A DNA stretch of 32,000 bases from Pirellula staleyi DSM 6068 (lineage in GTDB: Bacteria; Planctomycetota; Planctomycetia; Pirellulales; Pirellulaceae), in NCBI GenBank assembly GCA_000025185.1, contig CP001848.1:2460001-2492000 (forward strand), in the 5' to 3' direction. Under the pieces are notes generated by a model, which was not told the origin of the DNA, did not search any database, and was given only the letters and a program-made list of their open reading frames with translations. Below are positions 7,601 to 17,500 of the stretch, piece after piece (positions within the stretch are counted from its first letter, which is position 1; each line of letters starts with the position of its first letter). Position numbers and translations under genes: made by a program.

Positions 7601-8502
7601 CGCTCGACTACAGCCGCGTCGGTCCCGACATCCAAGGGAACAAACTCCGCGTGCTCGAAGGCTCGATCGCCTACACCAACACGATCAACGGCCTGTTCAT
7701 TCGCACGGGAACACCCGCTGGTGCCACAACGGAAGAGCTGACCGTTACGGGTCGTTTCGACGACACCGATATCGTCCATATTCTCCAGGAAAACCTGACG
7801 GTTCGTGGTCAAGCAGGTGGCTCGTTCATCGAAGAATCGTTCCCACCAGCTGCCCTGATCATCGCCGCTGAAGAATTCGTTCCAGCGCAGATCTCGAGCG
7901 CGACCCCTGGCTTTACCGCTGGCTCGCAACCTGAATACAAAATCACCTACGTCGATCTGCTCGGCAATGAAGGGGTGGCTTCGGAAACGTTTGTCACCAC
8001 TCAGCCCACGCTCGAGGCTGGTTCCTTCATCCGTCTGACGCAGCTGCCAGTTCCCACCGGCAACTTTGTCGCACGCAATCTCTACCGTCGTGAACTTTCG
8101 ACCGGTCGCTATGTGCTGGTCGATTCGATCCCAGCATCGACCACCGAGTACGTCGATCGCAATGTGCCGCAGCCTGCCGAGAAGTCGTACCTCACCGTGG
8201 CTGCAGCCGACGATACGGTGCTGCCAGACACGACGAATTCGACCATCACGCAATCTGCCGGTGGCACTTATGTCGCGGGGACAACGGTTCGCTACGAACT
8301 CCGCTATGTGAACGCAACAGGACAGGAAGGGCCCCCCCCTCAATCCTGGCGCAGTGATTCCACCAGTTCAGATCCCTGGTGTATTGTTCCCAGCGTTCAC
8401 CGTGACCACCGCCAGCGCTCAAATCACGCTCAGCGGTTTGCCTGTCACGCCGAGCAACCCTTCGTTCGTCGATCCACCGCTCGGCTCAGCGGCTCCGCAT
8501 AA
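4645..8502 (+). CDS. Giant extracellular/surface multidomain protein, N-terminal part (as-read fragment 1; frame lost at the C8 run 8332-8339)
   Basis: 1,285-codon ORF from ATG 4645. The N-terminus MTTRRSQQVSAIKKSSKYRQFARDKARRLHLEQLEDRRVMA is a basic stretch plus LExLExR motif with no hydrophobic signal-peptide core. It is followed by SbsA/Big_5-type Ig-like modules (...RDTAGNPF...) and a metzincin-like region lacking zinc ligands (5779-6315). Next come a PPC-like module (KDIDLYTFTVPAGQ...ARNDDYF...GTYYIGVSASGN, about 6310-6645) and a parallel beta-helix segment (GDWGGISFQN..., about 7260-7500). FN3-like units close the sensible sequence (PEYKITYVDLLGNEG...LYRRELSTGRYVLVDSIPASTTEYVD). After the C8 run the last 54 codons (8341-8502) are Arg/Ser/His-rich and look out of frame. 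Confidence 0.85.
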   Translation: MTTRRSQQVSAIKKSSKYRQFARDKARRLHLEQLEDRRVMATATPPVFILPNSGVLLNEGDTRNVAPKDLTFRFNSLTAVDPSTLANGIRLIRSGGDGLFGQPNDQVITPGFIGIGDNSREVIMRFADTLPDDVYRIEVVGAGVTPLRDTAGNPFNSGVNYTVNFNLDLGAQVIAVVPQPIVRTGTTLTQRRDQIAVYFNDDDLLQDALASGRATNPQLYRLYATRNTLDPTDDVEFLPSSVVYNPATDSVTLTFASDIDQLLTGTLVTNQFEDQVGAFRLRIGTTETARGTTQTIRLGTVDPGSSFATALPIDGTLVAGTQGGSVAYSQAIEAQPYNLDWPGGNDEPGHRDIPTQGHVADDANTQAGGAPNAGDNTDGITTVYYNFKQQIGVINGGIGGSQPAFNLISENQKARAREIFDLLSRYAGVQFVESESQGLIVATGDMRAVGTPSDGVGGTIGTFGLNAFLEPVVLLDSAESWNDQISTILTTLPGQESWFQEAMRNINLFLGLGSNVELPGLQAQGADLSLQGSAPLPEPVLPGDADIVHLQHLYRPESKDIDLYTFTVPAGQSGLFTVETFAERLANSSTLDTHVAIYRVTPTGEIEVIARNDDYFSKDSYVNVNLTAGTYYIGVSASGNDKYDGDVVDSGMGGTTQGKYEIKFDFRKTPTGTLVDSTGVAFDGDNDGLPGGVHNFWFRAASPMPQGTTVANRPANDASRTIFVDKRNTQTSQNGSIQNPFSSIPNAIAAARPNDIIRIVGNEGTDNVDDGLNDVLAYRIGFDTFGNPLADGANLQVPKGVTVMIDAGAVFQMRRSQISVGSTAPSVSSDRSGGALQVLGTPTDNVYFTSYNENGNGSIGLDQNPLSTTPAAGDWGGISFQNDLDRADGRFNFEDSGIFLNHVNNADIRYGGGQVIVDSVSVVVTPIFITDSRPTISYNTITRSAVAAMSANPDSFEETNFQAPKYWTSYSDDQSSNPGIASRSFTLDYSRVGPDIQGNKLRVLEGSIAYTNTINGLFIRTGTPAGATTEELTVTGRFDDTDIVHILQENLTVRGQAGGSFIEESFPPAALIIAAEEFVPAQISSATPGFTAGSQPEYKITYVDLLGNEGVASETFVTTQPTLEAGSFIRLTQLPVPTGNFVARNLYRRELSTGRYVLVDSIPASTTEYVDRNVPQPAEKSYLTVAAADDTVLPDTTNSTITQSAGGTYVAGTTVRYELRYVNATGQEGPPPQSWRSDSTSSDPWCIVPSVHRDHRQRSNHAQRFACHAEQPFVRRSTARLSGSA
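5779..6315 (+). other. Metzincin (matrixin/serralysin)-like domain with the HExxHxxGxxH slot degenerated to RNINLFLGLGS
   Basis: ITTVYYNF...FNLISENQKARAREIFDLLSRYAGVQFVESE...GLIVATGDM...SWFQEAMRNINLFLGLGSNVE...PGDADIVHLQHLYRP parallels the M10 layout. That layout is: sequence block, 'Qk..a...al..W..va.i.F.E', HExxHxxGxxH, then 'DDI.aIQ.LYG'. The RNINLFLGLGS stretch is at 6154-6186. Confidence 0.45.
8332..8339 (+). repeat. C8 homopolymer at the point where the giant gene changes reading frame
   Basis: gaagg gcccccccct caatcc. Frame 1 reads GGG CCC CCC CCT CAA. The +1 frame (open from 8312) reads ..CCC CCC CTC AAT CCT and continues for 3,945 codons. Confidence 0.95.
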
Positions 8503-11500
8503 CCTGCGCGTCTATCGCTCGGTCAATGGTGGCAATTTCGAACTGCTCGCCACGCTTCTGCCAGGACAAACGTCGCTCGTCGACACCGGCGCGGCGATTG
8601 CCAACCCGGTTCTGATGGCCGAACCCACAGCTACTGGCACCACGGCACGCCCTCGTCCCGATGCCAACCTGGTTATCGACCCCGCGATTGTGGTGAAGTC
8701 GGACGGTGCCCGCATCGATGTCGGTGTCGGCGCAAGCTTCATTGCCGAAGGTCAAGCGGGACTCGAAGTGGTCCTCACCTCGCTGTCGGATGATCGCTAC
8801 GGTGCCGGTGGCACCTTCGATACCGGCAACGATGGTGGCACCAGCACCTCGTCGGCAGCTCAAGAGGGAGATTGGGCCGGTATCTACTTCTCGCCCGATT
8901 CCAGCGGCAGCATCGACCGCGCTGTGATTGCCTACGGTGGTGGTCTCAACCGCATCGAAGGTAACTTCGCCGGTTTCAACGTCATTGAAATTCGCCAGGC
9001 CGATGTTCGGATCGCGAACAGCGAGTTCGAATTCAACGCCGATGGCACCGGTGGTCAAGCGCCCGCCGATCGCTTTGGTCGTGGCTTCAATGAAGCCGCC
9101 ACGATCTTCGTGCGTGGTGCTCAGCCGGTCATTCTGAACAACGCCGTGCACGACGACGAGTCGGCCTTCATCAACATCAACGTCAATTCGCTCACCAGTG
9201 AACTGATTGTCGACACTGGCCGCCAAACAGGCTTCGTTGGCCGTTTTGCCGGCTATCAAGACAACAACGGTCCTCTCATCCGTGGCAACCGTTTGCAAGA
9301 CAACGGTATCAACGGCATGGTGGTCCGTGGCGCTGTGCTCACCACGGAAGTGGTCTGGGACGACACCGATATCGCCCATGTCCTGTTCGACACCATCGTC
9401 ATTCCCGACCTCCACACCTTTGGTGGTTTGCGACTCGAAAGCTCGGGCACGGAAAGCCTCGTGGTCAAGTCCTCGGGTGCTACCGCTGGCTTCGTGGCGA
9501 CGGGACGTCCGCTCGAAATCGACGACCGTATTGGCGGCGTGATCCATGTCCTCGGTCAGCCTGGCTTCCCGGTCGTGTTGACCTCGTTCAGCGACGATAC
9601 AGCGAGTGCCGGTATCGACTTGCAGGGCAATCCCCAGAACGACACCAATGGCGACGGTCTCGGCTCGGGACTCCTCCCAACCGGTCCCGAAGTAAACAAC
9701 GGCCTCTTGATCGACAACGATGTGGCCATCGGTACCGTCGGTCAGTTTGCTTACAACGTTGGTCCTGCTGGTTCTTCGAATTTTGGTGGTGGTGTGACTG
9801 CTCAAGGGCAGTCGATGCTGTTCGCCAATCAAGATTTCATCTTCGAGTTCCTGAACTACGTCGATGTCGGCAGCGATGGACTGGCGATTGATCTCGCCAC
9901 CTCGACCATCACCCAAGCTCCCACGCTGCTCGCCGACGACTTGGTCGAAAGCCGCGGTACGTTCCAAGGGCAAAATGGTCTGATCACTTGGATCGTGCAG
10001 ACTCGCCTCGACGACGGTGTGGCGACGGTGTTCAACACCATCACGTTCACCAGCACCGCGCCGCTCGGCAACTTGCAATTCATCAACTACCTCGATGAAG
10101 ATGTGCTCGGCATTTCCGACGACGTCCTCTATCGCGTCGGTTCACCAGGACAAGCCGACTTCCGTCTCTTCACCTTGGATGGCCAGGAGAAGATCGGTTT
10201 TGCTCAAGGTGGTATCTACACCGCTGGTCCAGGACTTGTGAATGCTACGTACACCGGCTGGGCCGCTGATGAGTATTCCGATCTGAGCTTCGACATCGAG
10301 ACCACTGGCACCACCTACTCCCCGACCGGAAATGTCGACCTCATCGCCCTGCCGGTAGTGGCCGATCCGGACCTCGGGAACGTGAATGGTCCTGCCGACG
10401 TCACGACCGCCATGGCTTGGACGGTCAACCCCACAGCCACCACTGCCACCATCACCACGTTCCTGGAACTGATTGCACGCAACCCAGTTTCGTCGGGTAC
10501 TGCCGGTGAATGGCAAGGGATTGTCATCGACGAGTACAGCCACGACCGCAACGTCGAGACAGTGCTCGAACAAGAGTCGGCTGTAAGCGACGGCACGGTG
10601 AACAACAGCCCATCGAAGGCCCAGTACCTCGGTGGTTTGGCCTCGGCCGAGAAAAACGGCGACGAAAACCTCCGCCTCGGCTTCACGGTGCATGGTCTCA
10701 TCAATCGTAACGACGACATCGACGTCTACAGCTTCAAGGCACTCCCTGGAACGGAAGTGTGGTTTGATATCGATCGGACTTCGGTCGCTTTCGATGCGGT
10801 GATTGAGCTGGTCGACGAAAACGGCATCGTGCTCGCCCGCTCGAACAACTCGACGGCCGAAAATTCCGGTGCCGAAGCGCTCTTCGGAACAGCTCGCGAC
10901 ATGCAGAAGACCCCTCCTTACCAAGGGCAGGACTTCTACACCACGAACGTCAAAGATCCTGGTATGCGAATCGTGCTGGCTGGTCCTGCCGGACAGCAGA
11001 GCACCTACCACATTCGCATTCGCAGCAACACCACCAACTTGCTCGCCAATCCTCCGATTGCCGGCCAAACCAACGGTGCTTATCAGCTACAAATTCGCCT
11101 GCGTGAAGTGGACGAGTTTGGTGGCAGCACGGTTCGCTACGCCGACATTCGCAACGCTGTGAACGGCATCGCGGTGCTCGGTCAGCCTGCTCACTCGCCA
11201 CTGGCGGGTGAACGAGGGGAAACCACGGCCAACAATAACACGTTTGCCAACGCCCAGAACCTCGGTAACTTGCTCACCAACGATCGTGGCACCCTGTCGG
11301 TCGCCGGTTCGCTCTCGGCTTTCGACGATGTCGACTGGTATCGCATCACGCTCGACAACACACTCCCATCGCAGGCCGCTTTCTGGAATGCGATCTTCGA
11401 TATCGATTACGCCGATGGTTTGGCTCGCCCCAACACCGCACTCTACGTCTTCGATGAACTCGGTCGGTTGATCCTCACTAGCCGCGATTCGAACATTGCG

Positions 11501-14500
11501 GAAGATCGTCCGAGTGCTGCCCCCGGGAGTGGCATTAGCGATCTGAGCCGAGGTTCGGCCGGTGGTGGTGATCCGTATATCGGCACCGTCGCTTTGCCGA
11601 CGAACATTGTGAATCCTAATCCTCCTGATGCGACCGAGTTCTACTACGTCGCCATCTCGTCGGATCTGCGGATGCCTGCTCAGCTCGAGCAATTCTTCCA
11701 GGCCAATGCCAGCAACCCGCTGTTGCGTTTGGAACCCGTGGAGAGCGTGCAGCGCATTGTGGAAGACCACATCGGCGCGTTCATGACCCGCAGCACCGCT
11801 GCCGCTCCCGATGTCCAGGTCTTCATCGAAGCTCAAAACGCCATCCAGTACACGATCAGTGACGTGGTGCTCTACGTCAACATGTCGGCCGACGACGGAA
11901 CCGAGCAGACGCGTCTGGTGACGGTCGATCCATTCACGGGCGATAACGAAACCTACCTGTCGAACTTCGCTCGTGACACGGGCGACCTGGTGCTGCGTGA
12001 AGACAATCGCCTCTTTTCGTACACCATCGATCTCGACGACAACTTTACGCTCGACGATGCTGAATCGGGCAACTACATCGAACTGAACACCGGCACCGGT
12101 GCTTTCACGACGATTGGTGACGACGGCATCATCACCTACGAGTCGAACCTGGGGGCTCCACCTGCTCCTGTCGTTTCGAACCTGGGTGTCAACAACACTC
12201 GCTGGGGCTACGGTCTGCAGTTCAACGCCATGGCGTTTAGCGACATTGGCTACGCTTTTGATGCCAACGGCAACCAACTCTCTGAACGTTTGATCGCTGT
12301 CGGTAATCGTGGTGACGTCAACAGCAACAACCCTGCTTCCACCGCCATCGATCGTCGGCAGAACATTGTTTACTCGATGGATGCCAACACCGGTGCCGCC
12401 CAGATCACCGGCGCGGGAGCTCGTCTTTCGGGCTCGGGGACCGGCGTCTACGAAGTGGGTGAGATTCTCACCTCTTCCCGTTTGACTTTCCTCTCGGATG
12501 CCACCACGGGAACTGGCCTCGCCGGTTTCGCGGTGAACGATGGCTTGACCTTTGGCGTCAACACCGAAGCAAGCAGCACGACTTTTGAGTTCGATTCCGG
12601 TTTTGATGTGCAGCAGCTGATCAATACAGCGACCGGTCAAACGATCCAGGACGGTTACTTCTTCATCCTCGATTCCGACACAACCCTCGGCAATCAAAAT
12701 GAAGTGCTCTATCAGTTCGACACCGGTGTGGTGATCACGGTCAATCCAGGCCTGCTCTCCACTGGCATTGTCGACGGCAGCACATTCACCGTTCGCGTGA
12801 ATGGTGTGCCTCGCGTGTTTGAATTCGATAACACAGGCGCAGTAACGGCCGGTAACATTGCCGTGAACGTCGGCGGTGGCATCTTCGGTGCCGACGTCAT
12901 TGCCGCACGCATTTCCAATGCGATCGATACCCAGACGGCTGCGGCCTTCCCAGTCGATGGCTATGTCGAGCCGCTTGGCAATCGTATCTCGCTCATCCCA
13001 ACAGTCGCGACACCGATCCCGATTACCGCCACCCTTGGCACTTCGAGCGCTTACCTCACCTTCCAAGGTGCTAACGGTACCGCCCCTGTGTTGCAAGGTG
13101 TCAATCCAGCAGGAATCGGCGAAGGGACCACGTTTACCGTCTCCAACGGTGTGACCAATTTCACCTTCGAGTTTGACCGCGACAACGCCGTCTCCGGCAC
13201 CAACATCCGGGTCAATATCTTCGGTGCTACGACCTCCACGGATGTGGCTGGCGCGATCGAGGCAGCGGTAGCCACGTTGCCAGCGACATCGGGTCTGAAT
13301 GCCACACGGTTCGGCGATCGCGTGATCGTCAACGGTCAAGGCGTCACCTTCTCGCGACAGACTTCGGCTGTTTACAGTCTCACCGATTCCATCGCGAATG
13401 GTGGTCTGCAGACGGTGCAAGTCTCCGTGGAAGAACGGGATGGTTCGGCAGTCGTTGGAGCTGCAGTGCTCGCGGCGATGAACAACGGTAATCCACGGTT
13501 TGCTGCTGGTGCGGCCTTCGATCGCATCAACTTCCCACCGATCAACACCGGTGGACTTACTCCTGTGGCTTCCATCGACATCTCGGCTGTTCCGGTCTGG
13601 TCGCCAGTTGCCGGTACTGCTCCAGGTGTCGCAGGTGGTCGCGAACAGATTCCATTCCTCGCATCGGATACGGCAAATCAGCTTGCCAATCGTGCGGTAA
13701 CCGCCATCAATGCTGCTCTGAATGCCACCGAAGGGATCACCGCGCAGTTCTCGGGTGGAAACGTCGAACTGAATCGTGGCACGTTCACGATTGGGGCCAC
13801 GACAGCTTTGGCAGTTAGTGGCCAAGGTCCTGGTGGCAACATCACGGGCATTGTCGACATCACGCCGCCGCCTGGCATCGCCCAGGGTATGAATCAGCTG
13901 ATTCGTTATTACCTCGCAGTGAGTGACAATGGTGGTTTGTATATCGTCGAACTCGATCTGTTTGACAACCAAAACATCACTCCGAACTCGCCCGCTGCGA
14001 TTGCGAACAAGACGAATCAGGTTCGCACGTACTACATCGGCAACTCGGCCGACTCCCTGTCGGGAATCGCCTTCCAGGCGCTCACCAAGGGGCCTGAGAA
14101 TGTCGAAGGTGGCCGCTATCAAAATGTTTGGTACGCAGTGGCGGATGGTCCCGGCAACGGCGACAACCAGAGCCGCTTGCACGCCTTCAATTTCGACGCC
14201 ACGTTCGAAACGACGGCCGAATGGAATGCATTCCGGAATGCCTTCCTCACTAACAACACAGCCGCTCTCAATGCACGCTTCACCGGACGCGCTCCTGTGT
14301 TCGTGGATGGTGCCACGAGCATTCCGCTGTTCTACACCGTGCCGCAAGGTGCCGAAGGAAATGCTGTTCCGATTCGCCGGGCTGTGACCGATGCCAAGGG
14401 TATCGCCTTCTCGTCGCTCGATCAGAACTTGTGGAAGCAAACCACCACACAAAGTGGCGCAGCTGGTCACGAAGGTGGCAACAGCTTGGTCTTCGGCAAC

Positions 14501-17500
14501 GACGGTCAAGAGCAATGGGCCGGTAACACCTACAACTTCCCTGGTGGTGCCACGGGCTCGATTGTGTCGAACGAGTTCAGCCTCGAGAACTACTCGGTGG
14601 GCGATCAACCGGTGCTGTACTACAGCTACCTCGGTGCCACCGATGGCAGCAACGACAGCGTGCGTGTTTACATCAGCGGCGTGAACGATGCTGATCGCGA
14701 CGGCATTGCTGATAACAACCCTGGTCAATGGACGCTGCTGACTCAAAGTGGTGGCTCAACCTACCTCAACACCGGTTGGCGTCAGGTTCGTCTCAACCTG
14801 GGTGACTTTGCAGGCTGGTCGAATCTCCGCCTTCGTTTCGACTTCAGCACCGCTGGCGAAATGAACGTCGGCGATGCCGGAACAACGGGCGACGAGCTTC
14901 GCGCTGTCGATGCCAAGTACATCCTCGATGGAGACGTCGTGACGATTGGTGGCACCACGTTCGAATTCGAATCGGGTGTGACGCTGACCATGCCTAGCGG
15001 CCGTGCGATCAACGACGGTGAAAACTTCACCATCCAGATCAACGGTGCACCGCAAGTTTATGAATTCGACAAGAACGGTACACAGTCGATTCCTGGTTCG
15101 ACGCTGATTCCTGTCACCAACGCCACAACCCCCGAGCAAGTGACGCTGCTTCTGCGTGATGCGATCGTCGCGAATCAAGCAGGCCCTGGTCCAATCGTTA
15201 CACCACGCATCGAAGGTGGTGTGGAGTGGATCTTCCCCGATGCTAGTGCCTATGCACTGATTCCCGACAATCAGCTGCAGTTCACACTCGATGACGGCAC
15301 CAATCCACCGGTGACGTTCGAGTTGGACCGCGACAATGCTTCGACTCCGGGCACGATCCCTGTCGAATTCAGCCTGGCGATGGACTCGGCTCGAATCGCT
15401 CTCGAAGTGGCACGTGCGATTCAGGGCTACGCCAACGGCTTGCAAACTGGCGACAATTTGCATGTAACGGCCAGCTATCGTCAGCCGAACATCGTGCAGA
15501 TCGAAGGCTTGGTGGACTACAATGCTAACTTCGCCCTGCAACTGCTGAAGGAAACGCCTTACTCGGGTAACCGTCTAAACCTGCAAGGGGCCGAGGCCTT
15601 CACGCAGAGTGCTGTCCATGCGATCGTTGCCACGGGTGCTGTAGGGGTCGCCAATCCGAACAATGTGCCAGTGAACATTCACCTGGCGATGCGAGCTCGC
15701 GATGTGGCCCAGTCGTTCGACGCCGTACTCGAAACGGCGTTCCGCAATCAGCAACTCGTCGTGCAGAACGGCAGCTTGTACGAAGATGGTCAGGTGATCG
15801 ATATCGATCACGATGGCGACGGCGGACTCCTGACCCCCGATATCCGCTTCGAGATCGAAACTGGCTTGATCGTCTCGATCCCGGGCAATGGTGCGGTTGG
15901 TCCTGGTGGTGTTGCCGATGGCGATACGATCACGATCACCAATGGTGGTGCTCCGGTGACCTTCGAGTTCTCGACGGACGGAGTCCCGGCTGTTCCCACG
16001 AATGTTCTCGTGTCGTTCCGGGCCACCGATTCGCAAGCGGTGATTGCTCGAGCCTTCGAAGCTGCGATCAATGGTCAAGGCTCCCTAGGCATTACCGCTC
16101 GCGTTGTGAGTGGATCACGCATCCAGCTCTCGAGTGGTGCCCTCTCTCCAAACCTTACCTTCGCCACCAGCGACGTAACGAAGTACAACACGGGCAACAC
16201 GTTTGCCGGTGTCGCAGTGGGCAATACGCCGATCATCGTCTCGCCGACCGCACAGTTCACCGCTCAGCAGATGGCTGCAGCTGTGGCTGCTGCGATCAAC
16301 GCTGCCGGGGTGGTGGGCTTCTCGGCTCAAACCAATGCAGGTGTTCCAAACCAAGTGGAATTGCTTTCGACCGATGTCCGTGTCTCGGCACTCGATTCGA
16401 TCGGCCTGACGATTCCAGCTCCTCAGCCAATCAACGGCACCGGAGTGGCCCCAGCCGCTCCGAACATTGTCTTCGAGACAGGTGTGTTCGACATCGCTAA
16501 ACGCGAACGCGACTTGATGCGAATCATCGGACGCAATGTCACTGCTCGTGGACCACTCGGTTTGCAGTCGTTCGGCATGACCGGTGAACTGCCTGACCAC
16601 TTCCAGAACGGCAACGGCATTGTCGCGGGCTTCACCAGCAGCCTCCGTGGTCAAGACAACAACCACGAAGGTTTCTACATCGACGACATCATCATCGGCC
16701 TGGCCGAGCGTGGTGAAAGTGCCAGTGGCGCGACGACGGCAACCGGCTTTGTGGTGAACCCACTCGGCACTGGCAACACGAGCGGTGCTTACCAACTCGA
16801 AATTCGCCGCGGCCCTGCCTACGATCGATTTGTCGGCACTAACCCAGGTGAAACAGCTAACTCGAACGATCGCTACGCTCAGGAATACACGATCGTAGCC
16901 AAGTCGGGTGCTGAACTGGCCGATGGTGTGACCTTCACCCTCAGCGATGGCATCAACCGAGTCACGTTCGAGTTCGATGAAGTCGCGCTCCCCGGCCGTC
17001 CAGCTCTTCCAGTGGCTGTCACCCCGGGTAATCAGCGCATCGCCTTCAGCTCGACCGATACGGCCGACGAAGTGGCTGTTCGCATCCGCGACGCCATCAA
17101 CTCGTCGCAAGTGCAAGCGGTGCTGAAGCTGACCGCTGGACTCGCCGATGGCACGCTGGTTGGCAACGTCACCACCTCGAACCGCGTGAACGTCGTCGGT
17201 GCTGCTACGGTAGCCATTGAAGGACGCAATGCGGTCGAAGTGAACGACACCCTGTCGCAAGCTGTGGCCACCAACTTCAACGGTACGCAGTACTTTGCTC
17301 AAGGAACGATTGGCGACAATCCCGAACTGAGCATCAGCCGCGATACAGAAGGTCATGATGTCGATCTCTTCTCGATCCGCCTGAGTGCTGGTCAGACGAT
17401 TCGCATCGATATCGATACCGAGAACCTCAACTTCTCGAGCGAAGTGGGCAACTTGCTCGATACGGTCCTTCGCATCTTTGATTCCACCGGTGCCGAACTG

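Noticed and set aside
4540-8343. 1,267-aa ORF on the minus strand, antisense to giant-gene fragment 1. Similar long antisense ORFs lie at 11087-14746 (1,219 aa), 8486-10078, 10142-11068, 14756-15541, 16115-17356, 18860-20110, 20990-22201 and 22586-23674.
   Set aside because: These are shadow ORFs of a GC-rich gene with G/C-biased third positions. Their translations are Arg/Val/Asp/Gly/His-rich with no recognisable motif, whereas the plus-strand frame carries many independent domain signatures. There is no start context or independent support.
12818-15070. Recurrent GAATTC (EcoRI) sites in the giant gene.
   Set aside because: This is a trivial consequence of the repeated Glu-Phe (gaa ttc) codons of the FEFD motif, not a restriction-related signal.
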